A stretch of 64,000 bases of DNA from Leucoraja erinacea. Lineage: Eukaryota. The notes under the pieces are model-generated. The model did not search any database, was not told the origin of the DNA, and saw nothing but the letters and a program-made list of their open reading frames with translations. This document shows positions 1 to 11,575 of the stretch, piece by piece. Made by a program: the position numbers and the translations under genes. How positions within the stretch are numbered: position 1 is the first letter of the stretch; each line of letters begins with the position of its first letter. The stretch spans positions 18,538,001 through 18,602,000 of the forward strand of contig NC_073395.1 of assembly GCF_028641065.1 (NCBI RefSeq), in the 5' to 3' direction.

Positions 1-104
1 ACCCTGGGGAACAGACTGTGATCTTGTACACTTCAATAAGGTCACTCCTCAGCCTCCTACACTCCAAAGAAGAAGATCTCCTCCTGAGCATTAGACCGGA
101 GCAG

Positions 105-246
105 TATAGTTAACCCCGTAGTACAGTTATCACCGTGCTACAGTCAAATCTGGGCTGCAGTCATCCCTATGGTACAGCAACCCTGGGCTACAGTCATCCC
201 TATGGTACAGCAACCCTGGGCTACAGTTATCCCCGTGGTACAACCA
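105..246. repeat. 33-bp minisatellite (3-4 units)
   Basis: CAGTCATCCCTATGGTACAGCAACCCTGGGCTA repeated. Confidence 0.85.
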
Positions 247-1879
247 TGTTCCCAGACATTGCCACACTTCAGCTCGCGGCTGGGTCCGCGGGACATTAGA
301 TGCCGGGTTGCACACTGTCTCCTGAGTCTCAGGTGTAAACGAGACACTCCCTCAGGATTTTCTATCAACTAAGGACATGACAATGCTGAACCAGGAATGA
401 TGAGCTGCGGTTGTAACACACCCTGGTTCACTGTCCCTTTTGGCTTCTTTTCACCTCCCCCCTTACTCCCCCCCCCCCCCTCATCTGCATCCACCTATCA
501 CTCGCCAAGCTTTGTCCCACCCCCTGCCTCCCTTTTCTAGCTTTCTCCCTGCTACTACGAATCAGTCTGAAGACTCGAAACATCGTCTGTCTGTTCCATC
601 CACAGATGCTGCCTGACCTGCTGTGTTTTGCTGAACAATACAGCCCCAGCCCCATTGAGGTACTGTGAGATTTTACAGTGTAGCAATAAAATGAAGGCAC
701 CAAAGACCTTGAACAAAACGTGGTTGAGCTTCTCCTCGAGTCCCTGGTTTGTTGGGTCTCTCTACGGTTTGCTTAAGTCACCGATTCAATGATTCTGTGA
801 TTCTTTAATATCACATGTTACCCATGTACAGTGAAATACTTTGTTGGCATTCAATCCGCTAAAACCAAACTATAGAAAAGCACACACATAGATAAATACA
901 ATATGCAACAACAATTGTGATGTAATACAGTAGTAGACTTCACCATCAACGTTCTTAAGAGACTAATCTTGGCACCGCTTCAAAACCAGTGACCATTGCT
1001 CAACAGGGCAGAGATTTGAGGAAGGAAATTGTATTGTCGAATTTTATCCACAATGACCAGTTTGTGCTGATGGAAGACAACCGTGTGCATCTGAGAGGTT
1101 GCGGTGTGTGTCGGATAGCGAATGGAATCTCACACTGCGGATGTCCGCAGAACCTAACGTCCACCTTGTCTCACCAGACACCGCTCTGTTGGTGGGACGG
1201 CCAGGCCGCAAACCCCTACGCTGCTGTCACAGAGTCATTGAGCAACACTGCATGGAGACCGAGATCTACGGTTTCCTCCCACACTCCAAAGACGTACAGG
1301 TTTGTAGGTTAATACAATACAATACAATGGGTCCTTCTGCTGCTGGACATTGGGGGCCGAGTGTGGTGGATATACCCCTTAAACAAGGGAAGGGATATCA
1401 CTCCAGGGGGCCACATAAGTGGCAAAGATGCTTGCTATAAGGATAGCTTGTAAACACTAGCAAAGATATAACTAATAAATATATATATATATAGCCGCTG
1501 AGAATTTCAGAAGTGTTTTAGCACTGTTTATCTTTTGTATATCGAATAGAGGGTAAATGCACAGTCTCTTGCCCAGAGTATGGGAATCGTGAACCAGTGG
1601 ACAAAGGTTTAAGGCGAGGGGGGAAAGATTTAATAGGAACCTGAGGGGTAACATTTCTACACAAAGGGTGGTGGATGTAAGAAACAAGCTAGTTGAGGCC
1701 GGTACCATCACACAGTCAAGAAACATTTAGACAAGTACATGGATAGGGCAGGTTGAGAGGGATATGGGTCAAACGCGGGCAGGTGTAGACAGGACATGTT
1801 GGTCGGTGTGGGCAAGTTGGGCAGAAGGGCCTGTTTCTATGCTTTCTATGATGCTACATATATTTTTTTTTCTGAAGAG

Positions 1880-1885
1880 TTTATT
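1880..1885 (-). other. Putative polyadenylation signal (AATAAA) of GCIP
   Basis: tttatt on plus strand, about 77 bp downstream of the TGA at 1962-1964. Confidence 0.55.
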
Positions 1886-2007
1886 TTTGGATGGAGGTCC
1901 TCGTGCTTCTGCGGTCTCACTGACGGTGGGGAGGACCAGCGATGGAGTGGGTGGAGGGTCCTCAGCAGGAACACAGAGTGTCCGTCACTGCCGCTGGCTC
2001 CGTGTCC

Positions 2008-3262
2008 AGGCTGGGGTTCAGTTGTTGCTGGGTGGGGCTGGGGTTCAGTTGTTGCCGGGTTGGGCTGGGGTTCACTTGTTGCCGGGTTGGTCCAGGTTCT
2101 TGTTGTTGCCGGGTGGGGCTGGGGTTCGGCTGTTGCCGGGTGGGGCTGGGGTTCAGTTGTTGCCGGGTGGGGCTGGGGTTCACTTGTTGCCGGGTTGGGC
2201 CAGGGTCTTGTTGTTGCCGGGTGGGGCTGGGGTTCGGCTGTTGCCGGGTGGGGCTGGGGTTCAGTTGTTGCCGGGTGGGGCTGGGGTTCGGCTGTTGCCG
2301 GGTGGGGCTGGGGTTCGCTTGTTGCCGGGTGGGGCTGGGGTTCACTTGTTGCCGGGTGGGGCTGGGGTTCACTTGTTGCCGGGTGGGGCTGGGGTTGGGC
2401 TGTTGCCGGGTGGGGCTGGGGTTGGGGCTGTTGCCGGGTGGGGCTGGGGTTCAGTTGTTGCCGGGTTGGGCTGGGATCTTGTTGCCGGGTGGGGCTGGGG
2501 TTCGGCTGTTGCCGGGTGGGGCTGGGTTCGGCTGTTGCCGGGTGGGGCTGGGGTTCGCTTGTTGCCGGGTGGGGCTGGGGTGGGCTTGTTGCCGGGTGGG
2601 GCTGGGGTTGGGCTGTTGCCGGGTGGGGCTGGGGTTGGCTGTTGCCGGGTGGGGCTGGGGTTGGGCTGTTGCCGGGTGGGGCTGGGGTTGGGTTGCCGGG
2701 TGGGGCTGGGGTTGGGCTGTTGCCGGGTGGGGGTTGGGGTTGGGTGGGGCTGTTGCCGGGTGGGGGTGGGGGGCTGTTGGGGTGGGGCTGGGTTCACTTG
2801 TTGCCGGGTGGGGCTGGGTTGGGCTGTTGGGGTGGGGTGGGGTTGGGCTGTGGGGTTGCCGGTGGGGCTGGGGTTCGGCTGTTGCCGGGTGGGGCTGGGG
2901 TTCGCTTGTTGCCGGGTGGGGCTGGGATCTTGTTGCCGGGGGTGGGGCTGGGATCTTGTTGCCGGGTGGGGCTGGGGTTCGGCTGTTGCCGGGTGGGGCT
3001 GGGATCTTGTTGCGGGGTGGGGCTGGGGTTCGGCTGTTGCGGGTGGGGCTGCGGTTCAGTTGTTGCCGGGTGGGGCTGGGGTTCACTTGTTGCCGGGTGG
3101 GGCTGGGATTCAGCTGTTGCCGGGTGGGGCTGGGGTTCTTGTTTGCCGGGTGGGGCTGGGATCTTGTTGCCGGGTGGGGCTGGGGGTTCGGCTGTTGCCG
3201 GGTGGGGCTGCGGTTCAGTTGTTGCCGGGTGGGGCTGGGGTTCGCTTGTTGCCGTGGCCGGG
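2008..3262. repeat. 27-bp G-rich minisatellite (about 45 units, CCGGGTGGGGCTGGGGTTCAGTTGTTG) inside the GCIP last exon
   Basis: Directly visible tandem periodicity; minus-strand translation NPSPTRQQ[L/V/A/P]. Confidence 0.95.
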
Positions 3263-3364
3263 CTGACGTTGGCACCTCCACGGTGCTTGGGTCACACTCG
3301 AGCATCGCACGCACCCAGGCGTCTTCCAGCGCTCCCTCCACAAACTCCCGCTGGCTGATCACAG
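2451..3364 (-). CDS. GCIP: GCIP exon 5 as assembled (EF4 end plus repetitive tail; true stop probably at 1962)
   Basis: cctag|AVISQREFVEGALEDAWVRAMLECDPSTVEV, then open reading into NPSPTRQQx repeats; first in-frame stop at 2451 comes only after register slips in G-runs. Confidence 0.7.
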
Positions 3365-4689
3365 CTAGGAAAAGATGCAGGAACATCATCATGACATCCT
3401 GAGCAATGTTCACACAAGCCTGCAGCCCCCCAGCTGGGTGAACTCTGCCTTGGACTGTCGGAGAGCTCAGTTTCACAAGTCCTAGGAGTAGAATTAGGCC
3501 ATTCGGCCCATCTAGTCTACTCCACCATTCAATCATGGTTGATCTATCTTTCTCTTTCAATCCCATTCTCCTGCCTTCGCCCCGTAACCTTTGACACACT
3601 TACTAATCAAGAACAATAATCTCTGTTTTAAAAATACCATTGGCATGGCCCCCACAGCCGTCAGTGGCAATGAAAGCCACAGATTCAACATCCTCTCACT
3701 AAAAATAAATGCTCCGCTTCTCCTTTCTAAAGGTACTTCCTTTAATTCCGAGACTGTGCCCTTTGGTCCTGAAACATCCTCGCCGCTTCCACTCTATCCA
3801 GGACTTTGGCTATTGGGTAAGTATTGTCCTCTCACCCTCTACTCCAGAGCCAGCCTCTCCAGTCTGTCCTCACGAGTCAACGGTCCATCCCAGCGAATCT
3901 TCCTTGCACCCACCCCACCACTCACATTATCCCACTGCCAATCTCCACCAATGCAGAGCGGTTACTCTTCTGATGTACAGAAATCAACAACATCCCACAA
4001 CGCAATGAAATCCTACAATGCCTCTCAATGTCTCTCAAGCCTCACACAGAGTACTGGAGGAACTCAGCGGGCCAGGCAGCATTTGTGGAGGGAATGGACA
4101 GGCAACGTTTCAGACCAATGAAGGGTCCCGACCCGGAACGTCACCGATCCATTCCCTCCGCAGATGTTGTCTGACCCTGAACCCACTGAGTTCCTCCAGC
4201 ACTTTGTGTTTTTTTCAAGATTCCAGCATCTGCAGTTCCTTGTGTCTCCAAGTTGGACCATCTCTTTGATCGAAATAAGGACATCCATTTTTGTAGCAAC
4301 TTCCATGCCCGCCAGTCATAAAAGGCCTGGAGTAACTCAGCGGGTCAGGCAGCATCTCTGGAGAACATGGATAAGCGATGCTTTGAGTCAATATCTTTCT
4401 TCAGACTGATTGTGTTGGGGGAAGGTGGGGGAGAGAAAGGTGGGAGAGAAGAGAGGCAGGACAAAGCCTTACAGTTACTGCCAGACAGGTACATGGATAG
4501 GAAAGGTTTAGAGGAAAATGGGCCAAACACGGGCAGGTGGGACTAATGTAGATGTCGGCCGGTGTGGGCATGTTGGGCCAAATGGTCTGTTTCCGTGCTG
4601 TATGAATCTATGACACTAAGTGATAGGTGGATATAGGTGATGGATGAGGGGGACCTTTGATAGGTAGATGGCTGGACAAAGGCCAGAGT

Positions 4690-4985
4690 CGGCACAGTGG
4701 AGCAGTGGTAGAGTTGCTGCCTCACTGCCTCACAGCACCAGAGACCCAGGTTCGATCCTGACTACAGGCGCTGTCTGTACGGAGTTTGCACAATCTCCCT
4801 GTGACCACGTGGGTTTTCTCCGGGTGCTCCGGTTTCCTCCCACATCGCAAAGACATGCAAGTTGGTAGGTTAATTGGCTTCTGCAAATAGTAAATTGTCC
4901 CTATTGTGCTTGTGTACAGGGTGATGGCTGGTCGGCAGGCACACGGTGGGCCGAAGGGCCTGTTTCCACGTTGTATCTCTGATGT
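4690..4985 (+). mobile_element. tRNA-derived V-SINE (HE1-like)
   Basis: A box TGGAGCAGTGG, B box GGTTCGATCC, V-domain GGGTGCTCCGGTTTCCTCCCACA, LINE-like tail. Confidence 0.85.
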
Positions 4986-5165
4986 CTAAAAGACGAAGAT
5001 ACAAAACGTGTCTCAAAAAGAGATAAGGGTAGAAGAGGTGGGAATTGTGAAGCCAGAGGAAGGAATGTAAGTGGAAGGGGATTGGGGAAGGGGGAAAGGG
5101 AGGAATGGGTGCCAGTCTTTCCCCTTTGTCTGGCTGCTCCCTGGCGCAATATTCCATGCACTCAC

Positions 5166-5271
5166 CGTCTCTATCCTTGTCTAGACGTGTGAACATGCGC
5201 TCGGTGCATTCTTCAGCCGTCTGCAGGTCAACATTCGTCAGCGACGCTGCCAGGCTCATTTTGTAGATGGC
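5166..5271 (-). CDS. GCIP: GCIP exon 4 (EF4 start)
   Basis: tacag|AIYKMSLAASLTNVDLQTAEECTERMFTRLDKDRD-G|gtgag; 106 bp, phases 0 to 1. Confidence 0.92.
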
Positions 5272-5661
5272 CTGTACAGAGAGATATCCCCTCACAGGAG
5301 ATTAGTTTAGTTTAGCCTAGTTTTATTTCAATTTGTTTCGTTCACTGTCATGTGTACCGAGGTACCGCAAAAAGCTTTTTTTGTTGTGCGTTATCCAGAC
5401 AGCGGAAAGGCTGTACTGGATTACAATCAAGCCGCCCTCAGTGTACAGATACAGGATAAAGGATATCTAGTGCAAGATAAAGTCCAATGAGTTAGATGGT
5501 TGGTCAGGACTGCTTGCTAGTTGACGATAGAATGGTTCAGTTGCCTGATAACAGCTGGGAAGAAATAGGGAAAAAGATGGAACTCATCTAAAGATTCCCC
5601 CAGGTTTGGAACATGAGGATAAGCAGTCGCACTTTTTCACTGTATCTGGATACACATTAAG

Positions 5662-5990
5662 GGCGGCACAGTGGTGCGGCGGGTAGTGCCGCTGTCCCAG
5701 TGCCAGAGATCCCGATTCAATCCTGACCTGGGGTGGTCTCTGGATAGAGTTTACCCATTCACCCCGGGACCACATGAATTTCCTCTGGGTGTTCTGGTTT
5801 CCTCCCTCATCCCAAAAAACGTGCGGGTTTGTAAGTTAAGGTTAATTGGCCCTCTGTACACTGCCCCTAGTGTGTAGGGAGTGGATGAGAAAGTGGGATA
5901 ACATGGAACTACTGCGAATGGGTGGTCGATAGTCAGGGTGGACTCAGTGGGCTGAAGGGCCTGTTTCCATGTTGTACGTCCAGACTAAAC
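5662..5990 (+). mobile_element. V-SINE (HE1-like)
   Basis: Same family, more diverged. Confidence 0.78.
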
Positions 5991-6019
5991 CAAGCAGTGC
6001 GGAGAGGTTGGAAGCTGAC

Positions 6020-6169
6020 CTGCATAATCTCCAGCATCTCTGCCCGGCTGATGGCTCCGTCCTTATCCTTATCGTAGAGTTTAAAGGACCACCTCAACTT
6101 CTCCTCCGCCGTGCCCTGTATCAGCAAGCTGACGGCTGTTACATACTCGCTGTAATCCACCAGATCATC
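6020..6169 (-). CDS. GCIP: GCIP exon 3 (EF2 end, EF3)
   Basis: DDLVDYSEYVTAVSLLIQGTAEEKLRWSFKLYDKDKDGAISRAEMLEIMQ|gtcagc; 150 bp; canonical EF3 loop DKDKDGAISRAE. Confidence 0.93.
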
Positions 6170-7114
6170 CTTCATCGCACGCACAAGGCAAGAGAGACAA
6201 GTGAGGTCATTACCAGAAACACAGGAACTACAGATGCAGGCATTAAAAAAACCCCCCACATATTGCTGGAGTAACTCAGCAGGTCAGGCAGTATCTCTGG
6301 AGAACATGGATAGGGCTGCTGAAATCAGCCTGAAGAAGGGTCCTGACCTAAACGTCACCTATACATGTTCTCCAGAGTTGCTGCCTGGCCCGCTGAGGTA
6401 CTTGTGTTGTATTGTGTCTTATTTGAGTTTAATGATCAAATTCACCAGGAATAGTGACATTCTTACCTGTTGCAGATTTACAGACACTTTAAGCACAAGA
6501 ACACACAGATAAATGCTGAGGGGTGATCTTATAGAGGTGGATAAAATCACAGGTGAAATAAATAGAGTGAATGCACAGAGTCTTTTACCCAGCGTTGGGG
6601 AAGCAAGAATCAGAGGGCACAGATTTAGGTGAGAGGGAAGAGGGTGGTTGATAGTCAGGGTGGACTCAGTGGGCTGAAGGGCCTGTTTCCGTGTTGTACG
6701 TCCAGACTAAACCAAGCAGTGCGGAGAAGTTGGAAGCTGACCTGGAACCCAAGAGACAACGTTGGGTGTATGGAACAAGCTGCCAGAGGATATAGTTGAG
6801 GCAGGTATTATAATAACATTTAAATGACATTTGAACAAGTACATGGATAGGAAATGTTTAGAAAGATATGGGCCAAACGTTGGCAAATGGGACTAGTTTA
6901 GGTGGGGTATCTTTGTTGACATAGACGAGATTGGCCTAAGGGCCTGTTTCTGTGCGGTATGACTGATAATTCAGGTAGAAAGCAATAAATGAACCAAATA
7001 AACCACCAGTCCGTGTGAGCCGGATCCCAAACTAAGATCAGCTGACTCACCTGCCACAGTGTCTTGTGTTGAATCATAGAGTCATATGGCAGGGAAACTG
7101 ACCCTTTGTTCATG

Positions 7115-7252
7115 CCAACCAAGATGCCCCAACTGACCAATTCTGCCCCATCTGACCAATTCTGCTCCATCTGACCAAGATGCCCCATCTGACCAAGATG
7201 CCCCATCTGACCAAGATGCCCCAACTTACCAATTCATCCATACCAACCAAGA
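7115..7252. repeat. 19-bp tandem expansion within a LINE/SINE tail
   Basis: TGACCAAGATGCCCCATC-like units, about 7 copies. Confidence 0.8.
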
Positions 7253-8282
7253 CGGAACCTAAGCTAGTTCCACTTGCCCATGTTTGGCCCATTTCCCTCT
7301 AAACCTTTCCTACCAATGTACCCGTCCAAATGCTTTTCCAGGTGGTGTCAGGATGGCATTAAGTCAATTAGAGCAAATAGCATTACAAGGGGCCCAGAGG
7401 GACTCTGTGGAAGAGGGTTAACGGCTTAGGTCAGCATCACGGCACGTAGAAAGCAGACCCCAGGGAGTGAAGTAATTAGTGTTGCTGATGTAAGTGGATG
7501 AATTCTCTGTTCCTTTCGGTGACATTTCCAGCTCTGTGACTTTAATCCAGGCTTGAGATTCTCACTTGAAGTGCAGGCTACTCCACTACACTAATTCGAT
7601 GGGAGATTTGATCTGAAATCAGCTTGTACGCTATAATACCTGAAATAACCGACACTTGCAGCCTCATCGTGGTGGGGCATTCGACGAACCTTGACATCTA
7701 AAAGAGGCCATATCAAGCTGCACATCTAAATCGGAGAAGCTTTCCGGACGGGGTCACCATGGGTGGAGCACAGGAGTCCACCATATCGGTTTAAAGGTAC
7801 ATGTAGGCCCTTTGGCCCACTGAGTCTATGCTGACCATCGACACTCAAAGGGCAATTTACGGAGACGTCCTGGATTAGACGGTTTCAGTTACAAGCAGTG
7901 GTTGGATGAACTTGGATTGTTTTCCCTGGTACAGCAAACGTTAAAGGAGAGACTTGATAGAATTATATAAAATGATGAGTCATAGATAGGGTAGACAGTC
8001 AGAACCTTCTTCCGCGGGTGGAAATGTCCAGCATTAGAGAGCATTGAGGTGAGAGGGGGAAGGTTTCCATTCCCTCCCACATTCCAAATACGTACGGGTT
8101 TGTAGGTTCATTAGTCTCTGTAAATTGCCGGGAATGGATGAAAAAGTGGGATAACATAGAACAAGTGTGAACAGATGATTGATGGTCGGCGTGGTCGAAG
8201 ACCCTGATTCCCTGCTGTATCACTAAACTAAACAGACCCGGATGGGAAAGGTCGGAGCCCGGGCGGTGCCTGCCTGCCTCAC

Positions 8283-8415
8283 CCTGTTATCGTCCAAAGT
8301 CCGGAAGATCTGCTCGGCGTACTCCGACGATCCTGGGCCCACGGTCCCATCGCAGAAGTGTCTCCGGAACTCGTGCAGGGTGATCAGCCCACTGGGACAT
8401 TCCTCAATGAATTTC
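8283..8415 (-). CDS. GCIP: GCIP exon 2 (EF1 with CPSG motif, start of EF2)
   Basis: ttgcag|G KFIEECPSGLITLHEFRRHFCDGTVGPGSSEYAEQIFRTLDDNR|gtgagg; 133 bp, phases 2 to 0. Confidence 0.93.
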
Positions 8416-9012
8416 CTGCAACAGAGAAAGCTAATAATAACCTCGCTCGACAACTGACCGGTGACCCAGTCCCGAGGCTGTGTCCAGCACCGTACTGAAG
8501 GAGTGTTACTCCATTGGCAGAAACTTGCTGGGACAAATTCTTCTTTGTAGAAGAATTCTTTGTAGGGAGTGGATGGGAAAGTGGGATAACAAAGAGCTAT
8601 TGTGAAGGGCGTTGACGGTGGGCTGAAGAGCCGGTTCCCATGCTTTATCTCAACTAAATCCCCTGTGCTTTTACAGCAGATTTGTTTGAAAGACGACCTG
8701 AAGATTGTAAGGCCACAGAATGAGAGGCTCACTCTTGTAATCGCAAAGTGTAACTTCCTCAAACTCCTTCTGGTCACTGAAGTTTGAACCCCACTCTGAG
8801 CTGGACTGTAAATAGCTGCAACCGGAAGCTAAAGCAGCAATGTGTTGGATGCACTGAGTTCCTCTGTAGGAAGCAGATAGATTCACTCTGCACATGATCG
8901 GAAATTATCTCTCTTCCATCTCGTGCCTGGTGTGTGTAATTATTGGTTCAGTGAGAGTATAAAAACGTTGTAACAAGAAACTGCTGATGCTGCAATCTTG
9001 AGCAAAACACAA

Positions 9013-9636
9013 ACATAGAAACATAGAATAGAAAATAAGTGCAGGGGTAGGCCATTCGGCCCTTCGAGCCTGCACCGCCATTCAATATGATAATTGCTGA
9101 TCATCCAACTCAGTATCCTGTACTTGTCTTCTCTCCATACCCCCTGATCCCTTTAGCCACAAGGGCCACATCTAACTCCCTCTTAAATATAGCCAATGAA
9201 CTGGCCTCAACTACCTTTTGTGGCAGAGAATTCCAGAGATTCACCACTCTCTGTGTAAAAAATGATTTTCTCATCTTGGTCCTAAAAGACTTCCCCCTTA
9301 TCCTTAAACTGTGACCCCTTGTTCTGGACTTCCCAACATCGGGAACAATCTTCCTGCATCCAGCCTGTCCAACACCTTAAGAATTTTGTAAGTTTCCATA
9401 AGATCCCCCCTCAATCTTCTAAATTCTAACGAGTACAAGCCGAGTCTATCCAGTCTTTCTTCATATGAAAGTCCTGCCATCCCAGGAATCAATCTGGTGA
9501 ACCTTCTCTGTACTCCCTGCATGGCAAGAATGTCTTTCCTCAGATTAGGTGACCAAAACTGTATGCAATACTCCAGGTGTGGTCTCACCAAGACCCTGTA
9601 CAACTGCAGTAGAACATCCCTCCTCTTATACTCAAG
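9013..9636 (-). mobile_element. CR1-clade (HER1-like) LINE 3' fragment
   Basis: LYRVLVRPHLEYCIQFWSP...VQRRFTRLIPG...LSYEERLDRLGLYSLEFRRLRGDL; (TTTCTATG)n tail. Confidence 0.9.
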
Positions 9637-10534
9637 TGCTGGAGAAAGGTCTGGCTGCATCTGTGGAGGGAATGGGCAGATGACATTTCAGGTCGGGACC
9701 CTTTTTCAGACAAATATATTTGACTATAAAATCAGATTCATGTTCATAAGTCATAGGGATAGAATCAGGCCATCCAGTCCATCAGGTCTATTCCACCATT
9801 CATGGCTGATTTATCTTCCCTGTCCCTGCCTTCTCCTCATAATCCTTACTAATCAAGAACCTGGCAATTTCTGCTTTATAAACTCCCATCGACTTGGCCT
9901 CCACCACTGTCTGTGGCAATGAACTCCACAGATTCATCACGCTCTGGCTATTGACATACCTCCTCATCTCCTTTCTAAAGGTATGTCCTTTTATTCTGAG
10001 CCTGTGGCCTCTGGTCCTAGACTCTCCCACTAGTGGAAACATCCTCTCCACACCCACTCTATCCAGGTCTTTCAATATCAGGGAAGTTTCAATTAGGTCC
10101 TCTCTCCTAAACTCCAGTGAGTACAGGCTCAGAGCCGTCAAACGCTCAAAGATTATAAAAAAATAAAGCTTTTTCAAAATGATCATTAATTGTGCAGATA
10201 TGCTGGAGCGGCTTGATAAGGCTTGATAGTGGAGTAAATAAGCTGGGGTAAATACCCAGAGGAAACATACAGTTGCAGACACGTTTGTTGTACCTCGTGC
10301 ACAGCAGGTGTAGGCTCGAGCTAATTTCCTGTCAGTTACAAAGAACAACAACATAACCAGTATGAACTGAGCGTTTATCCTTCCGAATCAGCCTCAGAGA
10401 GAGCCAGGCACACTCATGAGAAATATGGAGGGAATGGGCAGGCGATGGGTGTGGAGGAAGGAACTACAATGAAGATAGATGCAAAATGATGGAGTAACTC
10501 AGCGGGACAGGCAGCATCTCCAGATGAGTTTAAG

Positions 10535-10712
10535 AAGGAACTGCAGATGCTGGAAAATCGAAGGTGCACAAAAATGCTGGAGAAACTCAGCGGGTGCAGC
10601 AGCATCTATGGAGCGAAGGAAATAGGCAACGTTTCGGGACGAAACGTTGCCTATTTCCTTCGCTCCATAGATGCTGCTGCACCCGCTGAGTTTCTCCAGC
10701 ATTTTTGTGTAC
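10535..10712. mobile_element. Palindromic Penelope-terminal-repeat element
   Basis: Near-perfect arms of about 70 bp centred on GTTTCG-gga-CGAAAC. Confidence 0.85.
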
Positions 10713-11349
10713 TAGCATCTTCAGATAGAAGGAATGGGTGACGTTTTTCGGGTCGAGACCCTTCTTCAGACTGAGAGTCTCCTGGCGAGCCGCAACCAAA
10801 TCCCAACCGCAGGCTCGGCTCACCGGGAACCTGCACGTAGAGGGAAGATGCCGCGCCATACACCCACCACCCTCTGTGTGTGAAGAAGTTGCCCCTCATG
10901 TTCCTATTAAATCTCTCCCCTCTCACCTTAAACCTGTGCTCTCTAGTTCTTGATTCCCTTGCCCTGGGTAAAAGACGAGCGTGCATTGGACGCTGGGCAA
11001 AAGGCTAGGGGGGTGGGGGGGGGGGGATTTACCTTCCGCACCCTCAAAGTCGGCTACAGTAGTCACCCCCCAAGGAACAAAGGCTAAAGAGGGCCGTGCA
11101 AGGAGCGGGATGAACGGTTCGCTGAATGACCAGAAAGGAGACGACGGCTGCAACGGAACCTTTGTGGCCATGCTTTGGTGCCTCTTGCACATGGTCTCAG
11201 TGGACTCATTGGGATGTTCTGAGCCCATTGAGAGGGCTGGGGAGATTGTACCTATGCCTGGTGATGGTCTTGCTGAGCTGAATGCAAAAAAAAGATTTTC
11301 ACTGCACCCTTGGTACACATGATAATAAAGGGACCATTTGAACGATTAC

Positions 11350-11420
11350 CTGCACCATATGTGAAGTTCCAGGGCATACGTGTCCTTTCTCCTCGGAGGC
11401 AGCACCGCAGTCTGGCCCAT
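11350..11420 (-). CDS. GCIP: GCIP (guanylyl cyclase inhibitory protein, NCS/GCAP-related EF-hand protein) coding exon 1
   Basis: MGQTAVLPPRRKDTYALELHIWC-R, then donor AG|gtaatc; 71 bp, phase 2; resembles the amphibian GCIP N-terminus (MGQ...TYxLELHxW.RKF). Confidence 0.88.
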
Positions 11421-11474
11421 CTCCCACAAGCTGCAAATCACCTTCAGGCCACTGTAGCACCGCTATGTACCCCA

Positions 11475-11575
11475 GGCAAGATTAACGAGTGCAGTTGAGA
11501 GTGTGTTGAGAATTAACTTTAAAGCCATATAATCCTCCCTGTTCTGCACAAAGGGGATTACTGTGTGATTACTAA
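11475..11575 (-). promoter_or_regulatory. GCIP proximal promoter with clustered CRX/OTX-type sites
   Basis: AGATTA 11479-84, TAATCC 11530-35, GGATTA 11555-60, TGATTA 11566-71, all within 60-150 bp of the ATG; TTTAAA near 11518-23. Confidence 0.6.

Noticed and set aside
2008-3262. CRISPR-like array
   Set aside because: Contiguous tandem units with no unique spacers, in a eukaryotic genome with no cas genes
1764-3402. Three 486-520 aa plus-strand ORFs (LLPGGAGV, VAGWGWG, CCRVGLG repeats)
   Set aside because: Antisense shadows of the 27-bp minisatellite; the spliced GCIP frame is on the minus strand
4690-4765. tRNA gene-like A and B boxes (also at 18123, 26576 and others)
   Set aside because: Heads of tRNA-derived V-SINEs; no complete cloverleaf or Pol III terminator
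5166-11420. Calling the EF-hand gene GCAP1/2, recoverin or hippocalcin
   Set aside because: The exon-1 sequence, ECPSGLITLHEFR, YKMS.AASLT and WVR.MLECD.STVE fit GCIP better
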